48,385 bases of DNA from Solirubrobacterales bacterium (GTDB lineage Bacteria > Actinomycetota > Thermoleophilia > Solirubrobacterales > 70-9): NCBI GenBank assembly GCA_018883025.1, contig VEQW01000001.1:1-48385 (forward strand). Reading direction: 5' to 3'. Made by a program: the position numbers and the translations under genes. Under the pieces are notes generated by a model that saw only the letters and a program-made list of their open reading frames with translations, was not told where the DNA came from and did no database searches. Shown one piece after another: positions 1 through 9,444 of this stretch (position 1 is the stretch's first letter; the number at the start of each line of letters is the position of its first letter).

Positions 1-410
1 CTCCCGGTCGGCCCTGTGTAAACCCGCGAGAGGAATTCGCCGAACGAGACTCCCGCCGGTCCGCTCCGGAGGCCCACGTCGTGCCCTTCGCTGGAAGTCG
101 AATCCTTCCAGTTCCAGAGGACCGTGTCGTAGGGACGAATCGAGAGTTCCGCGGGCGAGTAGAAGTTGTCCTCGACCAGGACCGTGACGGTCTTGCCCTT
201 CGCCGCCAGGATGCACTCCCTGCGCTTGGTCGCGTCCTTGATCTTCCTACGCTTCTCGACCTTGGCCGAGGTACTCGATCTGGCCCCGGGTCGGTCGTCC
301 TGGTGGGCGACGGCCGGAAGCGAGGAGAGTCCGAACAGGAAGAGCACCGCCGCCGCGGTGATGGCAATCGGCCTCCTGGCTGACCTATCTGCCTTCCCTG
401 ATCCGATCAT
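1..410 (-). CDS. Secreted cupredoxin-like (plastocyanin/azurin-fold) protein; 3' end runs off the left window edge
   Basis: Absent from the ORF track because there is no stop in the window. My own minus-strand translation from the ATG at 408-410 gives MIGSGKADRSARRPIAITAAAVLFLFGLSSLPAVAHQ (signal-peptide-like). It continues KTVTVLVEDNFYSPAELSIRPYDTVLWNWKDSTSSEGHDV, which resembles the first strands of cupredoxin domains. It lies 29 nt downstream of the stop of the preceding minus-strand gene. Confidence 0.5.
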   Translation of the reverse strand, partial: MIGSGKADRSARRPIAITAAAVLFLFGLSSLPAVAHQDDRPGARSSTSAKVEKRRKIKDATKRRECILAAKGKTVTVLVEDNFYSPAELSIRPYDTVLWNWKDSTSSEGHDVGLRSGPAGVSFGEFLSRVYTGPTG

Positions 411-439
411 TCCCCTGGCCCGCCGCTCCCGCCTGTCCC

Positions 440-2065
440 CTAGGGACAGGTCGGGGGGCTGGTTCGCTTCTCCTTGTAAGTCCTGCCGTTGGTAGGCGCC
501 TTGACCGAGCCGGTCGCCAACGGGATCGTCCACGAACACTCCTGGGAGTCCGGAGGCGACGAGGCCGCGTAGCCGAGCACGGTGCTCGGATCCTTCTCGT
601 TGTCGAGGTTCAGCTGGATGCCGGCGATCGGGCTGAAGCTGCTCGTCTGGGAATTCAGCTTCCCTGGCTGGGGGCAGCCGGGGTAGATCGAGCTCGGGGG
701 AACGCTTCCGTTCCCGACGACCCAGGTCGCGCTGCTGCCGTTGTCCGACCAGCAGTTGCCGCCACCCGAGTAGTCGCTGAGGAAGTCGAATCCGTTTGGA
801 TAGGTCCCGTTCCAGCCCATCTTGTTGCCCTTGAATTCGTTGTTCAGGTTCTTCGCATCGTCGTCCTCGTTGGCAATCACTACGCCTTCGACGACGGGCG
901 CTGAGAATGCGGCCGCACCCCATTTGGCATGACCGAAGATCCGGTTGTTCTTGACCTCGATTCCGTCGGTCCCGAACAGGATCACCCCGACCCCCATCGG
1001 GTAGTTGACCGTCTGGCCGAGCAGCTCACCGAGGCCGCTGGACACGGTGGTGAAGGCGGAGTCGGGTCGGAAGTAGTTGTAGTTGTTCCAGAAGATGTCG
1101 TTGTTGTCGAAGAGTGACCATCCCGAGGGCTCGAACCTCTCGGAGTCGAGCGTGTTCGGGACGATGCCGGCTCCGTTGTTGTAGAAGCGCGACTTGGTGA
1201 TCCGGACGTACTTGGCGTTGGTGCCCGAGTAACCGAGGACGTTCTGGAAGCTGTCGAGGTTGCTCAGCAGGGTCCACTTCGGCTTCCGCTGGCAGCGGGT
1301 CGGTGCCGAACCGAGGTTGTTCCAGCTATCGGAATCGCACGGCGTCTCTCCGACGTAGAAGGCCGAGTCACCGTGGAACCAGCCACGCGAATCGACCATC
1401 GCCCCTCCAAAACAGTTCCGGGCGTACAGGCCATAGGACCGGTTGCTCGAAGCCCAGAGGTTCTCCATCGTGTAGTCGTTGCAGCGCTCCTTGAGGGAGC
1501 GGTTGGTCGAGGCCCAGACGAAAAACCCGTTGACCCCGTAGTTCCGGGCGTAGAGGTTCTCGAGGACCAGGCCGTTGACGCTCCTGCCCTCGATCCCGTT
1601 GCCGGCCGGGACGATCGCCGGGTCGCCGGGCACCCAGTAGGGATCGTTCCCCTTGAGCACCACCTTCGCGCCGTCCCCTTCAAGCGTCACACCCTTGGCC
1701 GATGGGTTTGGGCGGCCGTTCTTCTTGACCCCGATGATTGCCAGGCCGTCGAAGTCGTGGCCCTTGCGCTTCCCGTTGAGCAGGACCCCTTCCTTGTAGG
1801 TGCCGGGCTTGACCTTGACCTGGGCCCCTCTGCCCGACTTTGCCTGGTACTTGCCGGCGGCGTTCGCGCCTTCCTGGATCGTCCGGTACGGGCATCCCCT
1901 CTTGCAGACGACGAAGGCCTTCGGTGCCCCCACGCCCTTCTTGCGGAGCGCATCGCCCTGATCCGATCCACCTGTCGATGCGACGGTTGGTGCCGCGATC
2001 GCCAGGGTGCCGATCGCGACTGTCAGAGCGGTTCCGAGTAGAACTGCGGGACGTCCGGACTTCAA
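440..2065 (-). CDS. Secreted right-handed parallel beta-helix repeat protein (pectin-lyase fold, NosD-like)
   Basis: ORF 440..2221. I place the start at TTG 2065 because AGGAGG lies 6 nt upstream. The product then opens with a signal peptide (M)KSGRPAVLLGTALTVAIGTLAIAAPTVAS. The body is Gly/Asn/Val-rich with repeated G-x-x-x-N/G turns (NGIEGRSVNGLVLENLYARNYGVNGFFVW, YGLYARNCFGGAMVDS, IFGHAKWGAAAF), typical of beta-helix coils. Confidence 0.7.
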   Translation of the reverse strand: MKSGRPAVLLGTALTVAIGTLAIAAPTVASTGGSDQGDALRKKGVGAPKAFVVCKRGCPYRTIQEGANAAGKYQAKSGRGAQVKVKPGTYKEGVLLNGKRKGHDFDGLAIIGVKKNGRPNPSAKGVTLEGDGAKVVLKGNDPYWVPGDPAIVPAGNGIEGRSVNGLVLENLYARNYGVNGFFVWASTNRSLKERCNDYTMENLWASSNRSYGLYARNCFGGAMVDSRGWFHGDSAFYVGETPCDSDSWNNLGSAPTRCQRKPKWTLLSNLDSFQNVLGYSGTNAKYVRITKSRFYNNGAGIVPNTLDSERFEPSGWSLFDNNDIFWNNYNYFRPDSAFTTVSSGLGELLGQTVNYPMGVGVILFGTDGIEVKNNRIFGHAKWGAAAFSAPVVEGVVIANEDDDAKNLNNEFKGNKMGWNGTYPNGFDFLSDYSGGGNCWSDNGSSATWVVGNGSVPPSSIYPGCPQPGKLNSQTSSFSPIAGIQLNLDNEKDPSTVLGYAASSPPDSQECSWTIPLATGSVKAPTNGRTYKEKRTSPPTCP

Positions 2066-2247
2066 GCTGACCCTCCTCTTGGTTCTCCCTTGCCTGGCAG
2101 TGCACCAGGGCACCTCGACGCGGTCGAGGGCTGCTTCAGTAAACCAGAAGGCCCCCCGGGGTTGCGTGGACTGGGCCCGAAACACGGAAACCACCCCTCC
2201 CTCGGCAAGGCCGGTGGGCATACCGGGACCGGATCGATCGGAGCGGC

Positions 2248-4062
2248 GTGGTTTCTCCCGGCGGGACTAAGATCCTCCGGGTGTCCGAAGTTGGCAAAGG
2301 ACGAAGCGGTGATCTATCCCGGGAGGTCGGACCCGAGAGCAGCCTCCCCGGCAACAGCGAGGACTTCGACTTCGACTGGGTGATCGTCGGGTCGGGCTTC
2401 GGCGGGAGCGTCTCGGCCCTCCGACTCGCCGAAAAGGGGTACCGGGTTGCGGTGATCGAGGTAGGGCGCAGGTTCCGAGACCGGGACTTCGCCGAGTCGG
2501 CCTGGAACCTCCGCCGGTATTTCTGGATGCCCCGGATCGGGCTGCGTGGGGTCTTGCGGATGACCCCGTTCAAGGACCTCTTCGTTGTCTCCGGGAGCGG
2601 CGTCGGTGGCGGCAGCCTGGGCTACGCGAACACGCTGTACCGGCCCCGGCCGGCCTTCTACACGGCGCCCCAGTGGGGCGAGATGGCCGATTGGGAGAAG
2701 GAGCTGGGTCCTCACTACCTGACCGCCGAGAGGATGCTCGGGGTCACCCTGTACCGGGATGAAGGGCCGGCCGACCGGCTGCTCCACGAGTACGCTGCCG
2801 AAACTGGCGCAGACGACACCTACTCCAACACCCAGGTCGGGGTCTTCTTCGATCGTCCGGGAGTGACCGTGTCCGACCCGTACTTCGGTGGCGAGGGGCC
2901 CGACCGGACCGGCTGCATGAAGTGTGGCTCCTGCATGATCGGCTGTCGCCACGGGGCGAAGAACACCCTGGTCAAGAACTACCTCTGGTTCGCCGAGAAA
3001 CTCGGGGTCGAGGTCAGGCCCCAGCGGCAGGTGACCGAGATCCGGCCGCTCGGTGCCGAGGACGGAAGCGACGGCTATCGCCTGAAGACGCAGCGCTCGG
3101 GGGCGATCATCCGGCGCGACAGGGAGGAGATCACCGCCCGCGGGGTGATCGTCTCGGCCGGGGCGATCGGGACGAACCAGTTGCTTGCCGACTGCCGCGA
3201 GTCCGGAGCACTGCCGAGGCTCTCGGACCGCCTCGGCCACGTGGTCAGGTCCAACTCCGAGTCGATCCAGGCGGTAACGGTCCCCGGTGGCGAATACGAC
3301 TTCAGCCGCTCGATCGCGATCACCTCGAGCATCTACCCGGACCCCGACACCCATATCGAGGTCGTCACCTATGGCGAGGGCGGGAGCATCATGAGCCGCC
3401 TGTTCACGATGGCCACCGGCAATGGAACCCGTCTCACCCGCCCGGTCAAGTGGCTGGGGGCGATGCTCCGACATCCCCTGAAGACCGCGCGGCTCTTCTT
3501 CTGGCCGAAGGACTGGTCCCGGAACACGGTAATCCTGCTGGTCATGCAGTCGCTCGACTCGGCAATGCGCCTGAAGCCCCGGCGCAAGCTGTTCGGCCGC
3601 GGGGTGAAGCTCCAGACCGAGCAGGATCCCGAGCGACCGAATCCGACCTTCATCCAGGCGGCCGAGGACGTGACCAACTGGTTCGCCGAGCGGACCGGGG
3701 GCATCGCCCAGAGCGGAATCACCGAACCGACCCTGAACATCCCGACCACCGCCCACATCCTCGGCGGCGCGGTGGTCGGCGAGAGCCCCGAGACGGGGGT
3801 CGTCGACGGTGAGAACCGGGCCTGGGGCTACCGCAACCTGCTGGTCTGCGACGGCTCGGCGGTGCCGGCGAACCCCGGGGTCAACCCGAGCCTGACGATC
3901 ACCGCGATGACCGAGCGGGCGATGAGCCGGATCCCCCTGGCCGAGGATGCCGAAGGCCTGCTCCACCTCCCCGACGAGGCCCGGGCCGCCCGGACATCGG
4001 AGTCGGTGGATCCGGTCTCGATCGACGGCCTGGCAGCCGCGGCCGATACCTGGACCGCCTGA
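2248..4062 (+). CDS. FAD-dependent GMC-family oxidoreductase (cholesterol-oxidase-like)
   Basis: N-terminal Rossmann FAD motif DWVIVGSGFGGSVSALRLAEKGYRVAVIEVG. C-terminal GMC signature CDGSAVPANPGVNPSLTITAMTERA. The start (GTG 2248, or in-frame GTG 2281) is uncertain. Confidence 0.85.
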   Translation: MVSPGGTKILRVSEVGKGRSGDLSREVGPESSLPGNSEDFDFDWVIVGSGFGGSVSALRLAEKGYRVAVIEVGRRFRDRDFAESAWNLRRYFWMPRIGLRGVLRMTPFKDLFVVSGSGVGGGSLGYANTLYRPRPAFYTAPQWGEMADWEKELGPHYLTAERMLGVTLYRDEGPADRLLHEYAAETGADDTYSNTQVGVFFDRPGVTVSDPYFGGEGPDRTGCMKCGSCMIGCRHGAKNTLVKNYLWFAEKLGVEVRPQRQVTEIRPLGAEDGSDGYRLKTQRSGAIIRRDREEITARGVIVSAGAIGTNQLLADCRESGALPRLSDRLGHVVRSNSESIQAVTVPGGEYDFSRSIAITSSIYPDPDTHIEVVTYGEGGSIMSRLFTMATGNGTRLTRPVKWLGAMLRHPLKTARLFFWPKDWSRNTVILLVMQSLDSAMRLKPRRKLFGRGVKLQTEQDPERPNPTFIQAAEDVTNWFAERTGGIAQSGITEPTLNIPTTAHILGGAVVGESPETGVVDGENRAWGYRNLLVCDGSAVPANPGVNPSLTITAMTERAMSRIPLAEDAEGLLHLPDEARAARTSESVDPVSIDGLAAAADTWTA

Positions 4063-4074
4063 GCGGCCCGATAC

Positions 4075-5067
4075 TCAGGTCCCTTCGGACCTCTTCAGCC
4101 TCTCGACCGCAGCCGAGAGTTCCTCGACCCCGAAGGCCCCCTCGAGCCTCTGCTGGATCCGACCATCGGAGCCGATCAGGAAGACCCACGGCTCGGTCGG
4201 TAGCCCGAAGGCCTGGACCTGCGGCCTGAAGCCCTTGCCGGGATCGTTGTCCTCGTAGATCTCCATGTGGATGAACTCGACCCCGTCACCGACCTCGTCC
4301 TTGACCTGCTCGGTCGCATCGACGACAGGGCCACAGACCCGGCTCTGGCAGAAAGCCGGGGTTGCGAAGACCAGCACCACCGGCTTCTTCCCAACCACGT
4401 CCTGGAAGTCTGTCCCGTGGAGGGTCGAGGGTGGCTGACGAGTGTCGATCTTCGAGAGGTCACCGCCCACAGAATCGGCGGTCGGGGTACTGATCACCGG
4501 GGCCTTCGAGCCGACTGCAGCTACAAGCGGGAACTTGCCGACCACCGGACTCGGCAGGCGGGTCGCCTGGGGGCCATCGTCGGCGTTGACGATCGCGATC
4601 GCGAGCCAGGGTCCGGAGCGGTCGAACTCGACACCGTCCACCCGGTAATAGGAGCGCGGCTCACCGGGGGCCCCTGCACCCTTCGCCCGGTAGGCCGGTT
4701 TGGTCTCGAGCGATCCGACCGTCGCCGGCAGCGGACCCTGGACCGGGCTGTTGGGACTCTTTGCGAAGTAGAGCGCGACCTCGGCGTCGTCGACGGGAGT
4801 ACCGTCGAGCTCGAAGACCCCGAATGCGTAGCGGTTGGTCCCCCGCTCGAAGGTGAGTCCGGCCGGCGAGACCACGTACTTGCTCTCCGGCTCCGAGGCG
4901 AAGACCTCCTCGATCGTCCTGCCCTCTACCTTGGGAAAGTCCGAAGCCGGGGGGGTCGAAGAGGTCGAGACCCCGTCGTCGGACCCCGCGCAGGCCGCGA
5001 GGAACACCGAACCAAGGACAGCAAGGGCGACGAGCCCGGCCCGGATATTCGCCTTCGGATGCGGCAT
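4075..5067 (-). CDS. Lipoprotein with C-terminal thioredoxin-fold (TlpA/Sco-like) domain
   Basis: Lipobox signal MPHPKANIRAGLVALAVLGSVFLAAC. C-terminal KPVVLVFATPAFCQSRVCGPVVD (C-x4-C in a thioredoxin-like beta-alpha context). Ends with ...PWVFLIGSDGRI, typical of redoxin folds. Confidence 0.65.
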   Translation of the reverse strand: MPHPKANIRAGLVALAVLGSVFLAACAGSDDGVSTSSTPPASDFPKVEGRTIEEVFASEPESKYVVSPAGLTFERGTNRYAFGVFELDGTPVDDAEVALYFAKSPNSPVQGPLPATVGSLETKPAYRAKGAGAPGEPRSYYRVDGVEFDRSGPWLAIAIVNADDGPQATRLPSPVVGKFPLVAAVGSKAPVISTPTADSVGGDLSKIDTRQPPSTLHGTDFQDVVGKKPVVLVFATPAFCQSRVCGPVVDATEQVKDEVGDGVEFIHMEIYEDNDPGKGFRPQVQAFGLPTEPWVFLIGSDGRIQQRLEGAFGVEELSAAVERLKRSEGT

Positions 5068-5132
5068 CGGGCAGTCAGGCTACCGAAGCAGCCATTCGGC
5101 CCTGCCGGGCTGTTTCGGTGTCGCCCCCGGCT

Positions 5133-5741
<609 letters not shown>

Positions 5742-5905
5742 CTCTGGATCACTCCTTCGTTCGTTTGGGAAAGCCTCTGTCCGGAGATCGTCCGGGACCG
5801 TCAGGTTACCGGCCCTGCGGTCCTCGGACCGGCCCGGGCAGGCGCCTCCGAGGGCATCCGGGACTAGGATCGGGTCGTGTCCGCTTTCCGGTGGGAGCCA
5901 GAGAG

Positions 5906-6985
5906 GTGAAGGTCGTCTGCGCGACCGACTCACCGACCTGGCGCCTGCTGCTGGAGCGTTCGGTCGAAGCGCTCGGCCACGAGCCCGTCCTAGCCGAGGA
6001 CGGCGAGCAGGCCTGGGGTCTGATCGAGGCCGATCCCGAGATCGACGTCTGCGTGACCGACCGCCAGATGCCCGGGATGGGTGGCGAGGAGCTGGTCGAG
6101 AAGATCCGGAAGGAGCTCGAGGGGCGCTACGTCTACACCGTCCTCCTGACCGCCCAGGACACCTCCGAGGAGGTGATCGAGGGGATGGAGGCAGGTGCCG
6201 ACGACTACCTGGTCAAGCCGCTCGACCAGGTGGCCCTGGCGACCAGGCTGGTCGCGGCGGAGCGGGTGACCGCGCTCCATCGGACGATCGCCGAGCAGCG
6301 GGTCGAGATCGAGCGGCTCTATGGCAAGCTCGCCGACGCCTTCAAACGGTTCGTGCCCGAGTCCGTCGCCGAGCAGATCATCACCCGGAGCGACGAAGGC
6401 GTGAAGCTGGGCGGAGTCTCCCGGGTCGCAACCGTCATGTTCACCGACCTCCGGGGCTTCACCCAGTTCTCCGAGCATCAGGGTCCCGAGCAGGTGATCG
6501 AGGTCGTCAACCGTTACCTGGGCGAGATGTCCGAGGCGATCCTCAACGAGGAGGGCACGGTCGTCGCTTACATGGGCGACGGGATCATGGCGGTATTCGG
6601 AGCTCCGCTCGAACAGGATGATCACGCCGACCGGGCCCTCCGGGCGGCCAGGGCGATGCTGGACGTCCACCTGCCGAGATTCTCGGACTGGATGGAGGGG
6701 CAGGGGCTCGGTGAAGGCTTCCGCATGGGGATCGGCCTGAACTCCGGGGAGGTCGTCTCGGGGAACGTCGGCTCGGAGCGGCGGCTCGAGTACACCGCCC
6801 TTGGCGACACGACCAACACTGCGGCGAGGCTGGAAGGAATGACCAAGGGAACGCCCCACCAGCTCTACTGCTCGGAGACCACGAAGGAGATGCTGCTGGA
6901 CCCGCCCGATGACCTCGTCTTCGTCGACGAAGTCGACATCCGGGGCAGGGACCAGCCGCTCGGCGTCTGGTCGTTCGCGGAGTAG
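5906..6985 (+). CDS. Response-regulator receiver fused to a class III adenylate/guanylate cyclase catalytic domain
   Basis: REC domain: [10 protein letters not shown]...[18 protein letters not shown]...VLLTAQD...DYLVKP (acidic pocket, phospho-Asp, Thr and Lys all present). Cyclase domain: [64 protein letters not shown] place the start at in-frame GTG 5906. The tracked ORF starts at TTG 5765. Confidence 0.85.
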   Translation: MKVVCATDSPTWRLLLERSVEALGHEPVLAEDGEQAWGLIEADPEIDVCVTDRQMPGMGGEELVEKIRKELEGRYVYTVLLTAQDTSEEVIEGMEAGADDYLVKPLDQVALATRLVAAERVTALHRTIAEQRVEIERLYGKLADAFKRFVPESVAEQIITRSDEGVKLGGVSRVATVMFTDLRGFTQFSEHQGPEQVIEVVNRYLGEMSEAILNEEGTVVAYMGDGIMAVFGAPLEQDDHADRALRAARAMLDVHLPRFSDWMEGQGLGEGFRMGIGLNSGEVVSGNVGSERRLEYTALGDTTNTAARLEGMTKGTPHQLYCSETTKEMLLDPPDDLVFVDEVDIRGRDQPLGVWSFAE

Positions 6986-7026
6986 GCCCTGGAGGGCCGG
7001 TGGCCGGCGAGGTACCCGATCACGGA

Positions 7027-7032
7027 TAGAGT
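7027..7032 (+). promoter_or_regulatory. Candidate -10 hexamer (TAGAGT) 8 nt upstream of the MCP ATG; possible leaderless or short-leader transcript
   Basis: Sequence ggaTAGAGTaagtaggcATG. It matches the TAnnnT consensus. No convincing Shine-Dalgarno motif at proper spacing and no clear -35. This is a pattern match only. Confidence 0.2.
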
Positions 7033-7040
7033 AAGTAGGC

Positions 7041-9020
7041 ATGTTCCGCCTGCCGGGAACCGAGCCGGACGAAGTCGATCGGGGGTCGGAGGGAGCCCCT
7101 CCCGCCCCGCGACGGAGCCGCCTGCTTTCCTCGCCGGGAAGGCTGCCGGCCCTGCTGATCGCCCTGGCGGTCATCCCGACCGCGGTGGTCTCGGTCTTCA
7201 CCTTCATCAGGGCGAGCGACCTGATCCAGACGGGTATCGGCGAGGATCTGAGCGCCTCCGCCTCCTTCCTCGCGATCTTTACGGAACAGGACCTGGTCAA
7301 CCTGTCAAACCAGGCCCAGTCGCTTGCGGCCGAGCGAGCGATGCGTGACCTCAATCCCGTGGATGCCACCGGGAACCTGACCCGCGAGCTCATCGCCTTC
7401 GCACCCAACTATCGCCAGGCGATCCTGGTAGACACCACCGGTCGGGTGGTCGCCGCGGCGACGAAGCCTCCCGGCGCGAGGGGACCCATCTCCCCCGCGA
7501 CATTCACCGGTGTCGACGTCAGTTCGGAGACCTGGTTCAAGGACGCCCTGGTCAACAACAGTGGTGGGGACTCCGGAGTGATCCTGGAAGGGGTGGAGAA
7601 CCGACGGGTGATCGGCGAGGTCGAGGGCAGCGATGCCGCCCCACCCGCTCCTGTTGCGGCTGCGACGGTGCGGAAGGATCGGACCATCGTCGGGGTCCTG
7701 GCCCTCTTCCCGAACTGGCCGGTCACCGCCAGATACCTGGCCGCAGGAATCAAGGAGCAGGCAAGGCGAACCGACGCGAAGGAGGTAATCGGCCTGCTCA
7801 CCGATGAACAGGGACGAGTGCTCGTGGGTGCCGACGGAAAAGTCGACCTGAACACGGATTTCAGAGGCGACAAGGTCCTCCAGGAGGCACTGGCCTCGCC
7901 GGGCAACGGCTGGACCGAGGCCTACGACGATCCGGCCGATGGGGGGTATCTCTCGGGCGAGACCATTTACGGGTTCGACCATCTCAAGGACGTTGGCGGA
8001 TCGGACTTCGACTGGATCTGGATCGTGGCCCAGGAGAAGAGCGTTGCGATGGCCGACACCTCGGGACTCAGGCTGAGGCTGATCCTGGGTTCGATCCTGA
8101 TCCTGCTTGCGGCCGCGCTGATCGCCCTGTTCGTGGGCAGGGCACTTACCCGGAGGGCGCGGGAGTTGCGGGCCACCGCGGACGAGGTCGCGGAGGGCGC
8201 CTCGATCATGAAGGCAAGCGCCGAGAAGGGCAGAACCCGCGCCCAGCGGACCGAGGAGCTCGCCTCCCAGCAGGTCGAAGGCATGGAGCGAATGCGCGAA
8301 CAGGTCGAGGAGATGCGGAGGACCGGTGGTCGGATCGGCGAGAGTGCCCGGCTGGTCGCAGAGCAGGCGGGCAAGGCCGCAGAGGCCGGCGAAGGTGGAC
8401 GCAGGGCCGCAGAGGAGGTCGACCGGGCGATGGTCGGAATAGAGCAGAGGGTCCGCGCACTCGAGGGGGAGATCGGTGCGCTTGCCACCCAGACCGACCA
8501 GATCGGGGAGATCGTCTCGACCGTTTCCGGGATCGCCGACCAGTCGAACCTGCTCGCCTTCAACGCGACCATCGAGGCGGCCAAGGCCGGGGAGCAGGGT
8601 GCCGGGTTCGCCGTTGTCGCCGAAGAGGTAAGGACCCTGGCCGAGCGCTCGAAACGTGCGACCGCCCAGATCCAGGCGATCCTGAACGAAATCGAGAAGG
8701 CAACCAGGACTGCCGAGCGCTCGGCGCACGAGGGTCTCGATGCCGTGGTCAGCGGGCGGGAAAGGGCTGCGAGTGCAGCCAGGACGATCGATGAGCTGGC
8801 CGAGGCCAACCGGGAGGCCGAGCGCACGACCCGGGAGATCGCCGACTTCGTTCCCAGCCAGTCGGAGGCGAGCGACGTGGTGCTGGAGGTCGCGGAGGAA
8901 TCGGTCGAGAGGGCAGCCGAGGTCCGTGGCGAAGCCCACCATTCCTCGAACTCGACCGCCGAACTCGACCGTCTGGCGGAGCGGCTGCGGGAGCTGGCCT
9001 CCACCCTGACCACGGACTGA
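7041..9020 (+). CDS. Methyl-accepting chemotaxis protein with a large extracytoplasmic (Cache-like) sensor domain
   Basis: Two hydrophobic segments ([22 protein letters not shown] and [22 protein letters not shown]) bracket a sensor region of roughly 285 aa. The highly conserved MCP hairpin tip is present: [40 protein letters not shown]. Confidence 0.9.
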   Translation: MFRLPGTEPDEVDRGSEGAPPAPRRSRLLSSPGRLPALLIALAVIPTAVVSVFTFIRASDLIQTGIGEDLSASASFLAIFTEQDLVNLSNQAQSLAAERAMRDLNPVDATGNLTRELIAFAPNYRQAILVDTTGRVVAAATKPPGARGPISPATFTGVDVSSETWFKDALVNNSGGDSGVILEGVENRRVIGEVEGSDAAPPAPVAAATVRKDRTIVGVLALFPNWPVTARYLAAGIKEQARRTDAKEVIGLLTDEQGRVLVGADGKVDLNTDFRGDKVLQEALASPGNGWTEAYDDPADGGYLSGETIYGFDHLKDVGGSDFDWIWIVAQEKSVAMADTSGLRLRLILGSILILLAAALIALFVGRALTRRARELRATADEVAEGASIMKASAEKGRTRAQRTEELASQQVEGMERMREQVEEMRRTGGRIGESARLVAEQAGKAAEAGEGGRRAAEEVDRAMVGIEQRVRALEGEIGALATQTDQIGEIVSTVSGIADQSNLLAFNATIEAAKAGEQGAGFAVVAEEVRTLAERSKRATAQIQAILNEIEKATRTAERSAHEGLDAVVSGRERAASAARTIDELAEANREAERTTREIADFVPSQSEASDVVLEVAEESVERAAEVRGEAHHSSNSTAELDRLAERLRELASTLTTD

Positions 9021-9027
9021 CCCGGGG

Positions 9028-9444
9028 ATGGACGAGAGCCCGGGCCTGATCGAGCTGACCGGTGGCGAGAAGGCCCTGGACCAGGCGAGCCTGATCCGCC
9101 TCGTCGAAAGCCCGGAAGTGGCCCCGATCCCGAACCCCGACGGAGCCTGGGTCGGGGTGGCCAACCTTCGGGGCGAGGTGATCCCGGTGACCGACCTCGG
9201 AATCCTGTCCGGTTCCGGTCCGGTCGAACGGCCGGTGATGATCGCGCTCCGGACTGGAGGGCGATCCTTCGGCCTGCTGGTCGAGGGGGTCGAGCGGACG
9301 GTCGAGGCCTCCGGGGAGGGGGACCTCCCCGACGAGCCCGAGCCGGGCGACCCACCCTGGTTGCTCCCAGCCCCTCCCGGCAGTCCCCGGGTCATCGACC
9401 CCGAACTCCTGCTTGAGGATCCCCGGCTCGGTTCCGGCACATGA
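9028..9444 (+). CDS. cheW: CheW-like coupling protein
   Basis: 138 aa with the CheW-domain pattern ...VAPIPNPDGAWVGVANLRGEVIPVTDLG...VMIALRTGGRSFGLLVEGV. It starts 7 nt after the MCP stop and overlaps the cheA start by 4 nt (ATGA). Confidence 0.85.
   Translation: MDESPGLIELTGGEKALDQASLIRLVESPEVAPIPNPDGAWVGVANLRGEVIPVTDLGILSGSGPVERPVMIALRTGGRSFGLLVEGVERTVEASGEGDLPDEPEPGDPPWLLPAPPGSPRVIDPELLLEDPRLGSGT

Noticed and set aside
81-495. Plus-strand ORFs 81..383 and 166..495 at the left edge
   Set aside because: They have no motifs. The minus strand here encodes a signal peptide plus a cupredoxin-like sequence in a frame that continues past the window edge.
2113-2129. Inverted repeat CCTCGAC-gcg-GTCGAGG in the divergent region between the beta-helix and GMC oxidoreductase genes; possible operator
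   Set aside because: 7-bp GC-rich palindromes occur frequently by chance at this base composition. There is no adjacent regulator gene and no second copy to support a binding-site call.
2314-3966. 550-aa minus-strand ORF antisense to the GMC oxidoreductase
   Set aside because: It has the same shadow-ORF composition. The plus strand carries the FAD Rossmann and GMC C-terminal signatures.
5742-5933. 64-codon N-terminal extension of the SOD ORF
   Set aside because: The canonical SOD N-terminus [10 protein letters not shown] begins at ATG 5741, with AAGGAG upstream. The extension is Arg/Pro-rich and has no signal-peptide character.
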